A DNA stretch of 63,615 nucleotides, filler included, from Octopus bimaculoides (taxonomy: Eukaryota), in NCBI RefSeq assembly GCF_001194135.2. It is 8 parts of 7 records of this genome, joined end to end, with 100 filler letters (N's around TTAATTAATTAA, not from the genome) between each part and the next. Parts side by side here need not be neighbours in the genome. Positions count along the whole stretch, not along the records: positions 38,693 to 42,053 come from NC_068982.1; positions 42,154 to 46,309 come from NC_068994.1; positions 46,410 to 49,413 come from NW_026398198.1; positions 49,514 to 57,549 come from NC_068981.1; 4 more parts are not named here. One strand, 5' to 3'. Under the pieces are notes generated by a model, which saw only the letters and a list, made by a program, of their open reading frames with translations, did not search any database and was not told where the DNA came from. Each line of letters opens with the position of its first letter. Position 1 is the first letter of the stretch. The translations under genes and the position numbers were made by a program. Positions 39,560-50,959 of the stretch are shown piece after piece.

Positions 39560-39976
39560 CATAAGTTTGTTGTGTCATAGCATGCCGATAATGACATTCT
39601 CTTCTGCAAGCACCGATGCAAAGACGCCTGGAATTCCTATGACTTGCACAGATTTCAAACGAAGCGAAGAACAAGATTCTTGAAGCAATAAGAGAAAAGA
39701 GAAAAAGAATGTTTATATAGCATGTTCGTCTCTGTGTGGGTCTGTAGGCGTGTGTGTGCGTGTATAATTAAGTGTCTGACAGTGTGTGTGTATGTAAATA
39801 TAAGTATGTGTGTAAATACATGCGTATATATATAAATGCGTGTGTATATAAAAGGGTGTATAAGTGTGGATATATGTATATATGTGCGCGTGCGAGTATG
39901 TATGCGTGAGTGTGTGTACACATATGTGTGTGCGTATCTGCTTGTCGACGGAGAAAGTGAATCTATATGCGTGTGT

Positions 39977-40039
<63 letters not shown>

Positions 40040-40051
40040 TGAGTGTGTATA

Positions 40052-40126
<75 letters not shown>

Positions 40127-40200
40127 GCCCCCCACACACACACATCTATACATAAACATATAAAACTGTATGCATGTGCGTGTGTGTGTGTGTGAAATAT
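38860..40200. repeat. Extended (TG)/(TA)/(CG)-type microsatellite mosaic
   Basis: Direct reading; a unique island at 39560-39720 interrupts it. Confidence 0.85.
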
Positions 40201-40419
40201 GGCTGTATGCAATAAGTTTAACAACGATGAGAACAACATAAACCACATTCACAACAAGACTATAGAAACATGCCTGGACAGTCTCTTCGAGATCGATCAT
40301 ATTGCATGTCATCTCGGGCAAGTATCTTCTACCGCCAACTCGGCTTCATAAAATTGTTGTAAAGTTTGTTAGATGAGATCTCTATAATTCCTCCTTGGAT
40401 CATTCTGTATCTACGTCAT

Positions 40420-40560
40420 GGCCTTGATCCATCGCCCGATTTAACACTACCACCTTATCCTTAGGTGACATTAACGGAAACAAGCACTGTGGCCTGGTTC
40501 AAAGTCTTAGTAACAACTTCCTCCCACTTTATTCTGGGAAATCCACGAATGGGTCAAAAG
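40420..40560 (-). mobile_element. Possible RTE-like LINE 3' remnant
   Basis: PIRGFPRIKWEEVVTKTL resembles the RTE C-terminal R.RGRPRK.W.E.V..DL motif. Confidence 0.35.
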
Positions 40561-40634
40561 CGTCACTTTTCCTTCCCTCAGCAAAATAAAAGCAAAAATT
40601 AAAAGAAAAACAAAGACAAATCAAAGCAAAGTTA

Positions 40635-40678
<44 letters not shown>

Positions 40679-40679
40679 G

Positions 40680-40744
<65 letters not shown>

Positions 40745-40745
<1 letters not shown>

Positions 40746-40931
40746 GGTTCAAATTTTGGCACAAGGTCAGGAATTTTAGAGAAGGGGTTAGGTCGATTAC
40801 ATCAACCACAGTGTTCAAACGGTACTTATTTTTAGCGACCCCCGATAAGATGAAAGACAAAGTTGTCCCCGGTAGAAATGCCGCTAAGCATTTTACTCGG
40901 CGTGACAATGATTCTGCGATCCCACCGCCTA
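40745..40931 (-). mobile_element. SINE family A tail 2 flanked on both sides by (AAT)n
   Basis: GGGTTCAAATTTTGGCACAAGG tail; arrays at 40680-40744 and 40934-40986. Confidence 0.8.
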
Positions 40932-40935
40932 AATG

Positions 40936-40988
<53 letters not shown>

Positions 40989-41189
40989 CTTGATTGTAAA
41001 TCTGCGAAATCAAGATAGACGTGACTTGGTTCTGATGATAATAACAAAGTAAACTGTAACTCTGGAAGCACTCAGACTTGCCCACTTGAGCAGGCTGGCA
41101 ATATTAGCTCAGTCGTTTTCGAAGGGTGAAGCACTTCAGTTCTACAAAATAACAAAACTATATAGCATATATATATTGGTATATACCAA

Positions 41190-41460
41190 GTATATTGGTA
41201 TATTCGAAAGTGATTTCAAAAAAAGATATGCCAACCACCAGTCTTCTTTCCAATAAGAAGAAAACCACAAAGTTAGCCTGAAACCAACAATACACACACA
41301 CCATCAAGTGAAGCATCATAGAACGATCCATGCCATACCTTAATGAGTCATGAAAGTGCAGATGCCGAAATAAGTCATATCCTTTCTATATCTAAGAACT
41401 CTACCGACCTACAGAATTCTAGATCCGAAATTTTTAAGTGTAACTATCTCCCGATTAAGG
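41190..41460 (+). mobile_element. Penelope-like GIY-YIG C-terminal remnant
   Basis: YIGIFESDFKKRYANHQSSF..., ERSMPY..KC..., EI..IL...NSRSEIFKC matches YIG...FK.RY.NH..SF...A.PY..C.LC..EK..I...LN.RSEI..C. Confidence 0.7.
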
Positions 41461-41885
41461 ATGAAGTCTCCCAAATTTTAAAATTTACCCGTTGATTTGA
41501 TTACATTAACCATATTAATTCCCATTCTAACGGACCAAAGGGACGCAGCTCTTATCTTCTTTCCCACTTCTTTTTTCATTTTTTCTCGTTTCACTTGTTA
41601 GCTTTTTCTCCTTTCCCCTCGTTCTTTCTTGCTCTTTCTTCCTTTTTGCCAAAGAGCAGCCATGTTGTAAGTCTGCATGTTTACCAGAAAATAATTGGAA
41701 CTCTATACAAGTTTGTCTGACAATTGTATTATCAAAAGTATGAAACTAATTGTAGTTTGTATTTAAATCCTGAATTTTGAATCATATTTATCTCACTGGA
41801 CAATAAGAGAACAAGACACTGCATATGCATATGTGTGTATGTATGTATATACACACATATCTACCTATCTGCACATGCATACATG

Positions 41886-41937
<52 letters not shown>

Positions 41938-42019
41938 GGTTAGCTAGTTATATTGAATTAATAAATAATAATTGATGTAAGTCAATTGTTGTTCATCAAT
42001 ATTTATCCATTTTCTTTAA

Positions 42020-42053
<34 letters not shown>

Positions 42054-42153
42054 NNNNNNNNNNNNNNNNNNNNNNNNNNNNNNNNNNNNNNNNNNNNTTA
42101 ATTAATTAANNNNNNNNNNNNNNNNNNNNNNNNNNNNNNNNNNNNNNNNNNNN

Positions 42154-42194
<41 letters not shown>

Positions 42195-42364
42195 CTTTTA
42201 AGTACATAATTATAGAAACATAATCATAATTAAGGGTGGTGGAGGGCCAGCGCAGATACCCTCGAAGTAGATGTCAAATATCTATAAACCACTCTAAACT
42301 TGTCTTTTTAACACAAAGCTGAATACGAAGCAATGGACAAAAAGATTTTTTAAATTTCAGATAA

Positions 42365-42423
42365 CTTTATATCTTAAGATTTCGTGTTCTGTAATAAAAA
42401 TTACTTTACATTCTTCAGTAGAA
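42365..42423 (-). ncRNA. Minimal type I hammerhead ribozyme motif, left arm
   Basis: TTCTA-CTGAAGA-ATGT..ACAC-GAAA-TCTTAAGA-TA-TAAAG: intact core, palindromic stem III ATCTTAAGAT, AUA triplet; G10.1>A and one stem I mismatch. Confidence 0.75.
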
Positions 42424-42728
42424 ATACACCAACAATATATAAGTGAGAAATACATATACATACCGACAAACTTCTGCTGCGTACATATACCAATATATAA
42501 ATGCATTTCCCGCATATAGATTATAGCTAATTGCCCAGCCACGTGGTTAAAGCCAGAAATTGTACCGGTACTATATTCACTCCGGCGCTATCTCTGGCAT
42601 TAGCCACATGGCTGAGATAGGTGATTAGATATAATGTATATGCGGAAAATGTATGTATATATTAGTATCTGTACACAGAAATTTATCGGTATGTATATGT
42701 ATTTCTCACTTATATATTGTCGGTGTAC

Positions 42729-42788
42729 TTCTACTGAAGAGTGTAAAGTAATTTTTTATTACAGAACACGAAATCTTAAAATATGGAG
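42729..42788 (+). ncRNA. Minimal type I hammerhead ribozyme motif, right arm
   Basis: TTCTA-CTGAAGA-GTGT-AAA-GTAAT-TTTTT-ATTAC-AGA-ACAC-GAAA-TCTTAAAA-TA-TGGAG: intact core, stems I and II pair; one C-A mismatch in stem III. Confidence 0.8.
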
Positions 42789-43050
42789 TTATCGGAAATT
42801 TTATAAAACTTCTTGTCCATTCCCTCGCATTTAGCTTTGTGTTAAAAAGAAAACAAATTTAGAGCGGTTTTTAGAAATTTAGCATCTACTTCTAGCGTAT
42901 TGGCGTTGGCCTCCAGCGCCCTTAATTATATTTATATTTTTATAGTTATATACTTAAAAATTAATTTTTCCGATATGGTAGTTTTTATACGCTAGCCAAT
43001 GACAATCATTTTAATGAATACATTCTCAATTTATACTTGTATGTATGTAA

Positions 43051-43122
<72 letters not shown>

Positions 43123-43124
43123 GT

Positions 43125-43440
43125 ATAAATTGGGTTGCACGAGAAACTCAGTTAAATCGAAAATTAAAAACCACAAATCCTCTCTTAGGGACCATCGAAA
43201 AGCGAATAGTATAGGTCTATCTAAAAAATTTGGCACCTCAAAAGAAACAATATTAATTTCTTCATCTCCTGGAAAATCCTATCTTCTGCCCCATCTTACA
43301 GAAATAATAATAAAATTTGTAGGTTGTGTTTGGGGGAAAAATATAACATAATGAGAATGAATGGAAATTTGGTTAATACTAGGGATGAAAAAGTTCTCAT
43401 GTAAACACATGACCAAATTCCGATTCATCAATCTTAAATA
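43125..43440 (+). mobile_element. Penelope-like GIY-YIG C-terminal fragment
   Basis: GCTRNSVKSKIKNHKSSL..KANSIGLSK, then after a frameshift IWHLKRNNINFFISWKILSSAPSY..KICRLCLGEKYNI..LVNTRDE..SCKHMTKF. Confidence 0.85.
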
Positions 43441-44017
43441 ATTCTTCATTCTTCTCTTGCATAGTTTGGATTTTTTTAAATATATCTGTACATTACCCTT
43501 TTCTATGGTATACAATTACTCATCACATCCCCTTTACATTACGATATCTTACATTATCTTTGTACTTTTTTTATTTAACAGTTCCTTCTAACAATTGCAT
43601 GACCCACCATATATAGGGCTATCACTTTATCTATCTCTCCTTACACCTATTTTTTTCTCTCCATATGTTTAGATAAAGGAAATTATATCTTTCTTTAGTA
43701 TGTAATATACCTATAATCTTTTGTATTTTATTTGCACAATTGTGTCCATGTACTCACCCCCTTTTTTCTTTTGCACTTGCCCCTCTCATCATACCCATTC
43801 TAACTATTACTAGTTTATGTTACTTATCACTACACCTCATAATTACATATATTTTTTCTGCTGATATATGCACACATGTATGCACATATAGTACTTTTTG
43901 GTGTCCTACACGTCTACACCCATGTGTGCATATCTAGGTATAGATCTTATATATTATCTATGTTATATCTATTGATTTGTGTTTGTTTTCTTATAAATAT
44001 ATAAGTACTAATATATA

Positions 44018-45275
44018 CCAGATCATCCCATAAGTTCTGTCCGATTTTACCTTTTTTTAAATTAAATAAAATTTTATAGTATTTTAGAATGTCTAATGGA
44101 ATTAAAAATTATTTTTATGCATTTGTGTGCATTTAAACTAATTAAATATTATTTTACAGAATAATAGAATTAAAATTTCTTTGATTAAAACCCTTTCTAA
44201 CATGGAAGTATCCAAAGAGCATTTAAAGCACATAATGCTTTATGAGTACACAAAAGAAAACTCTGCAACCGAAGGGACTCGAAACATACACTCAGTTTAT
44301 AGGAAAGAATGCTTGAATGAAAGAACTTGCAGAAGATGGTTTGCAAAATTCAGAACTGGAGACTTCAGCCTTGAAGATGAAGATCGAACAGGATGTCCAG
44401 TTGAGTTTGATGATAAGCTCCTTGGGGCATTACTTGAAGAAAATCCTGCATTATCAGTTGAAGAATTGGCAATAAAGCTTAGTTCAAACCATACAACTGT
44501 TCATCGTCATTTTCAACAACTTGGAAAGGTTCCTAAACTTAGAAAATGGGTGCCACATGAATTGTCCGAAACCAACCGCAAATCCCAAGTTGACATCTGC
44601 TCTTTTCTCCATTCAAGCGAACTCATTTTTCACCCTTTTTGGATAGACTTGTGACTGTTGGCGAAAAATGGACCTTCTATCAAAAATGTTAAGCGTCGTA
44701 AACAGTGGCTTGGTAAAAGGGAGAAAGCTCAACCACAACCGAAAAGGGAACTTCATAGAAAATTCGATTGCAAAGGAGTAATTCACTTTGAATTGTTACC
44801 ACCTCATGCTCAAGTCTACTGTCAGCAATTAGAGCGTTAGAACCAAGCTTTGAAGAAAAAAAGACCAGCTTTAGTGAATCGAAATGGAGTGATGTTTCAT
44901 AAGGACAATGCGCGATCCCACTCTGCAAAGATTACATCACAGAAGATCGAAGAGCTTGGTTGGGAAAAAATTCCCCATCCACTTTATTCTCCCGACCTTG
45001 CTCCTCCAGCCTACCATTTGTTTCGTAGTTTACAGAATCGTTAGGGGGACATAACTTTCGTAAGCCAGGAGGAGGTCGAAACTGACATTTCAGAGTTCTT
45101 CGCTTTGAAACCAAAAGAGTTTTACATTGATGGGATTTAAAAGCTTGTAAAAAGTTGGAAGGAAGTCATAGATAATCAGGGAAAGTACAATGATGATTAA
45201 ATTTCAATTAAATATAACATTTGATCACTTGTTTTCTTTATTCAAAATTCGGACAGAACTTTTGGGATGACCTGA
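44018..45275 (+). mobile_element. Full-length mariner transposon (1258 bp), inactive
   Basis: TIR CCAGATCATCCCATAAGTTCTGTCCGATTTT versus reverse complement TCAGGTCATCCCAAAAGTTCTGTCCGAATTTT, TA on both sides (44016-17, 45276-77). Confidence 0.95.
44202..45200 (+). pseudogene. Mariner (DD34D-type) transposase pseudogene
   Basis: MEVSKEHL..., WVPHEL, FHKDNARSH, YSPDLAP.YHLF. Frameshifts and stops; first catalytic D lost (VTVGEKW) and third lost (PPAYHLF); small internal deletions. Confidence 0.9.
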
Positions 45276-45639
45276 TATATAAATATGAACGTGTGTATCT
45301 GTGTATATATGTATGTTTCACATACATATATATAATACTTATTATGTGTGTGTTTTCATATCTATATGTGTGTGCCACTTCTCTCTTTGTGTGTATCTGT
45401 ACAGTGTTTTCTTTTATATGTAAACCCTAATCGTACAACTAGAATTCCAGTATGTATATATACTAATGTGCAAATATGCCTACCGCAGCCACTTGGCTGA
45501 AACACATAAATAAATAAATAAATATGCTCCTTTCCTTATTAGATTATTTTCTCCCATATTATGTATAAATTTTTGTACACTTATGTGTTTTATGACACTT
45601 CTTTCCATACATTCACCATACACTATATATGTATATATA

Positions 45640-45740
45640 TAAATTTAATGAATGGAGTAAAACGCATATTTTATTCTTTGGTGGAATAGGTATATCCTTA
45701 AGTGATGCGTTGATGTTGAATAACTCCATTTGTGGCAACT
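45640..45740 (-). mobile_element. Possible PLE ORF N-terminal remnant
   Basis: MELFNINASLKDIPIPPKNK resembles the YS.KNIPIP motif I recall near the start of some PLE ORFs. Confidence 0.4.
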
Positions 45741-46444
45741 ATTATAATAGCAGGCTTTTTTAGGGACCTGTTTAAAATATATTTTATTATATGTATTTAT
45801 TTTCTCTTAATTAATAAATAACTCGGACAAAATAAAATGGTTAATAGATACCAGGGTAGCAAAGATCACAAAATAACTGTGGTGTAACTCTTGTTTATGA
45901 GGTAGAAACTCTTTGGTATTTTGGGTACTTGAGTATATAAAGGGGAAAAAAAGGAAATGGAAGGGCAATACGCTAAGGAGTGGTAAGAATTTGGAAAAAA
46001 TTTAAGGTAAGGGAATTAAGGTCAAGGTATTAAAGAAATATATCTATTCTACAGTATGATTAGAATAATACAATGAAACACTAAATTACTAAGTTTAAAA
46101 CTATAGGGAACAATAATAATTAGAACAAGATAAACATATCCAGTTAAAATAAGATATAAATTAATGTGGGGTCGTATTATTTATGAGTAAAACTATAATA
46201 TTAATGGCCAAAATCCAAACAGAAAGAAAGGGGGGAAGAAGGAAGAGGAAAAAAGGGAGAGGAATAAAGTTAGAATAAAGTTTTTCTAACTTTATTCCTC
46301 TCCCTTTTTNNNNNNNNNNNNNNNNNNNNNNNNNNNNNNNNNNNNNNNNNNNNTTAATTAATTAANNNNNNNNNNNNNNNNNNNNNNNNNNNNNNNNNNN
46401 NNNNNNNNNTAATCTGTATAAAGATAAGTCATAATAATAACTTG

Positions 46445-46504
<60 letters not shown>

Positions 46505-47857
46505 TAAGCATACACAAACATACACACATATATGTATGTATGTTTATGCGATACATTATTTCGTCTTATCGAACGATAGATCTTCTCTTTCTGCGTAGTT
46601 TACCTTGCAGCTGAAATAATAAAAACTTATACATAATACTCCTCAATTATATTGTGCTCTCTCTATTCAACTTTAACTTTTTGCTTTGGAAATTTGTTGT
46701 CATTTGTTTAGGCGAACAAATAAAATTTTATATAAGTGTATATATATATATAGATATTTATACATACATATATATATATTTATCTGCGTATATGTATATA
46801 TACATGGTGTGTCTGTATAGATATATTCAATCATATCTATAGCGACAGCGACTTACAGTCTATAAAATGAACATAAATCTATATAAATCTATACATAACC
46901 CTATGTAAATATATATATATATATATATANNNNNNNNNNNNNNNNNNNNNNNNNNNNNNNNNNNNNNNNNNNNNNNNNNNNNNNNNNNNNNNNNNNNNNN
47001 NNNNNNNNNNNNNNNNNNNNNNNNNNNNNNNNNNNNNNNNNNNNNNNNNNNNNNNNNNNNNNNNNNNNNNNNNNNNNNNNNNNNNNNNNNNNNNNNNNNN
47101 NNNNNNNNNNNNNNNNNNNNNNNNNNNNNNNNNNNNNNNNNNNNNNNNNNNNNNNNNNNNNNNNNNNNNNNNNNNNNNNNNNNNNNNNNNNNNNNNNNNN
47201 NNNNNNNNNNNNNNNNNNNNNNNNNNNNNNNNNNNNNNNNNNNNNNNNNNNNNNNNNNNNNNNNNNNNNNNNNNNNNNNNNNNNNNNNNNNNNNNNNNNN
47301 NNNNNNNNNNNNNNNNNNNNNNNNNNNNNNNNNNNNNNNNNNNNNNNNNNNNNNNNNNNNNNNNNNNNNNNNNNNNNNNNNNNNNNNNNNNNNNNNNNNN
47401 NNNNNNNNNNNNNNNNNNNNNNNNNNNNNNNNNNNNNNNNNNNNNNNNNNNNNNNNNNNNNNNNNNNNNNNNNNNNNNNNNNNNNNNNNNNNNNNNNNNN
47501 NNNNNNNNNNNNNNNNNNNNNNNNNNNNNNNNNNNNNNNNNNNNNNNNNNNNNNNNNNNNNNNNNNNNNNNNNNNNNNNNNNNNNNNNNNNNNNNNNNNN
47601 NNNNNNNNNNNNNNNNNNNNNNNNNNNNNNNNNNNNNNNNNNNNNNNNNNNNNNNNNNNNNNNNNNNNNNNNNNNNNNNNNNNNNNNNNNNNNNNNNNNN
47701 NNNNNNNNNNNNNNNNNNNNNNNNNNNNNNNNNNNNNNNNNNNNNNNNNNNNNNNNNNNNNNNNNNNNNNNNNNNNNNNNNNNNNNNNNNNNNNNNCATG
47801 GATACAAAAGTGAGGCTAAGATATTACATAGTACGGTCGGTATGTTTTGCAGTAGGA

Positions 47858-48108
47858 GGCGCAATGTCCCAATGGTTAGGGCAGCGGACTCGCGGTCATA
47901 GGATCGCGGTTTCGATTCCCAGACCGGGCGTTGTGAGTGTTTATTGAGCGAAAACACCTAAAAGCTCCTCGAGGCTCCGGCAGCGGATGGTTAAGGGTAC
48001 ACGTGTCTGTGGAGTGCTCAGCCACTTGCACTTTAATTTCACGAGCAGGCTGTTCCGTTGATCGGATCAACTGGAACCCTCGACATCGTGAGCGACGGAG
48101 TGCCAACA
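47858..48108 (+). mobile_element. SINE family B with a ~130-bp internal deletion
   Basis: Colinear with 30126-30500 but jumps from GGATGGT to TAAGGGTACAC. Confidence 0.9.
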
Positions 48109-49347
48109 CATGTTTTGTAGTACGGAAAACAGCATTGAAACACGAAGCAATTTGGGAAATGCTTTCTAGGTTCGCTGAGGCTGACATTAGTGTGACGGAC
48201 CCTCTGATTGGCCGAATTTAATTTTTCCATTTTTATATTACGAGTTTTAATTCTGGTTATCCGGTTTCCACATCCTATAATTAACCGAAACCACAAGACT
48301 CCGTCGGAACGTTGCAGAGTCCACAGCAGCAATTTAAAGAAGCGCGATGAGTCGAATCCACCGGCTCCAGTATTTGTCTGTTCACTTAATCGATCCCGAA
48401 GGGATGAAAGCAAGATGCACTTCGGCTACATTTTAACGGTGAACACAAAATACCAGAAGAAATACAACGAAGCATTTTGCCCGACGCGCTGAAAATTATA
48501 CCAGATCACCATATTGGCATCATCTATTATTTGCAACAAATTCTTCAATAGCGATCTTAATTTTGTTTTCTCTCTCCTGTATGGAACATCGAGCTTTTTG
48601 AAGAAGGTCACTTATTACTACTCCCATTCTGCTGTTGTAGCTTAGCTTCAAGCTAACCCTGATCTAGTAAATTAATGATCGAAGATGCTCTAGTTAAGGC
48701 TTTCCACCTTGTCTTTGATTGTATATTGGGCTACATTATTTAATTGATACTTTTACAGGTTTTTAAAATGATGGCTTTGTATTCGAGGCATCTACGTTCA
48801 ACAGGGACTGCGTAGGGGCAAAGCACTCTCGTTGAATCCTTTCCGTTGCTCTATTCACAGCTGGTAATTACTTCTAAACACTGCCATATGAAAGTCCAAG
48901 ATTATAATATGAATTGGACCTTTTAAATAATTTATTCTTCATGGTAATTAGTTCTATATCAGTTTCATCAGTACTTGTCGCCTTTATATTCTTACTCAAT
49001 GTTGGATGGTGGTTGATTTTCCTGTGTTTTTTCGCACGTTACCGGGTCTTTATTTTTTTAACCTTCACAGTGTCCAGTAATAGTTCGGGTCAATGTTAGA
49101 AGAAACTTGTCTAAGATGCCAGGTAATGGGATTGAATCCGAAGCGATGTTGCTGGAAAGAAAATTTCTTAACTACAAATCCATGCATGCGCTTACTTTTA
49201 TTTATAATTTAGCGACATAATTATAAGAAAATATCTTTTTATGTTTCTTCTTTATTCTTTCAATTATTCATGCAAATAAAGACTTTGATTATCAATTCTT
49301 TAAACATGCATACGTTACATAGATAAATACATACACACACATACATG

Positions 49348-49413
<66 letters not shown>

Positions 49414-49532
49414 NNNNNNNNNNNNNNNNNNNNNNNNNNNNNNNNNNNNNNNNNNNNTTAATTAATTAANNNNNNNNNNNNNNNNNNNNNNNNNNNNNNN
49501 NNNNNNNNNNNNNATATATATATATATATATA

Positions 49533-49697
49533 AAACGAGCTTCTTTCAGTTTCTGTCTAACAAATCCACTCGCAAGGATTTGGTTTGCCCTTGGCTATAA
49601 AAGAAGGAGAGGCTATAGCCCAAGGTGCCACACAGTGGGACTGAACCCGGAGCTATGTGGTTGGGAAGCAAGCTTCTTACCACAGAGCTACGCCTCC
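49533..49697 (-). mobile_element. SINE family C
   Basis: CAAGGTGCCACACAGTGGGACTGAACCCGGAGCTATGTGGTTGGGAAGCAAGCTTCTTACC. Confidence 0.85.
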
Positions 49698-49892
49698 TGA
49701 CAAGCTGGCCGAAATTTCGAAGTCACTGTCAATAATATTCTTGTTTGAAAATGATAAACTTGTACTCAGCAAATGTATAGAGGAAGCCATCAAATTAATG
49801 TAAAATGTGTTTTTATTATAACTGTACATCAAAACAAACATTGGTGTGATGAATCTATTTTGTTTATTAATAATTCTTTGCTTCTCTTTCAG

Positions 49893-50016
49893 CTCTGTCT
49901 ATATTGCTATGCCAGTCTCGTTATTAATATTGACCTTGTTATGTGTCACGGGGCTCATCATTTATGCTAATTACGCTGACTGCGATCCTATACGCATTAT
50001 TCATTCATACAACAAA
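49893..50016 (+). CDS. SLC5 sodium:solute symporter (SMCT/NIS/SMVT group), internal exon equivalent to vertebrate exon 7
   Basis: Acceptor tttctctttcag, donor gtaagt, phase 2 to 0. SVYIAMPVSLLILTLLCVTGLIIYANYADCDPIRIIHSYNK contains the family G..Y..Y..CDP motif. Confidence 0.9.
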
Positions 50017-50460
50017 GTAAGTAAAACAGTTTCTTTGAGTTTAGCGGCCATTTAGTCACTTCCCTTCCTTAAAACATCACAAATGGGTGAACCGTCCTTA
50101 ATTTGTGCCGGAATTAATAAATCTAAGATTTTAGTTTCAACTCACTACTTAATTTTCTATTCCTTTTCGTCCCATAAAGCCCCTACTGGAACACATTAAC
50201 CCAATTCAACTAACTGTACAGCTTTCAGTCAGAAAATTAACCCTGCAACATGTAGAGACCGCCTATCTAATTCCTAGTCTCCATCTTTCACAACCAAATA
50301 TTTTGGACTCAGCTGATAGCGAAGTTGATATAATTAGCTGGCAGAGGAACAAACGAGTCGATTTACTCTTTATCCATCCTCCCCTATAACTTAGTGGTTC
50401 TGTCAATACTTCACCCGTTACACAATTGTTCACATTGCCCCAACAATACATATGTGTGCA

Positions 50461-50688
50461 TAAGGCGGCGAGCTGGCAGAAACGTTAGCACGCCGGGCGA
50501 AATGCTTAGCAGTATTTCGTCTGCCGCTACGTTTTGAGTTCAAATTCCGCCGAGGCCGACTTTGCCTTTCATCCTTTCGGGGTCGATAAATTAAGTACCA
50601 GTTACGCACTGGGTCGATGTAATCGACTTAATCCCTTTGTCTGTCCTTGTTTATCCCCTCTGTGTTTAGCCCCTTGTGGGCAATAAAA

Positions 50689-50736
<48 letters not shown>

Positions 50737-50958
50737 AAAGCAGCGAGCTGGTAGAAACGTTAGCGGGCCGGGCGAAATGCTTAGCGGTATTTCGTCTGCC
50801 GTTACGTTCTGAGTTCAAATTCCGCAGAGGTCAACTTTGCCTTTCATCCTTTCGGGGTCGATTAAATAAGTACCAGTTACGCACTGGGGTCGATATAATC
50901 GACTTAATCCCTTGTTTGTCCCTTCTATGTTTAGTCCCTTGTGGGCAATAAAGAAATA
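50461..50958 (+). mobile_element. Two tandem SINE family A tail 1 copies (50461-50690, 50735-50958)
   Basis: TAAGGCGGCGAGCTGGCAGAAACGTTAGC...GTGGGCAATAAA twice, separated by (TA)/(TG). Confidence 0.95.
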
Positions 50959-50959
50959 T

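Larger units (their letters stand above)
42196..42960. repeat. Large fold-back element, ~370 bp arms, probable inverted PLE pseudo-LTR pair
   Basis: Arms align by eye end to end, e.g. TTTCGTGTTCTGTAATAAAAATTACTTTACA (left) with TGTAAAGTAATTTTTTATTACAGAACACGAAA (right), and AATATATAAGTGAGAAATACATATACATACCGA with its exact reverse complement; spacer ~25 nt near 42575. Confidence 0.9.

Noticed and set aside
47858-47930. tRNA gene (also 30430-30500 and other SINE heads)
   Set aside because: A and B boxes are present but there is no acceptor-stem closure, and the sequence continues into a SINE body.
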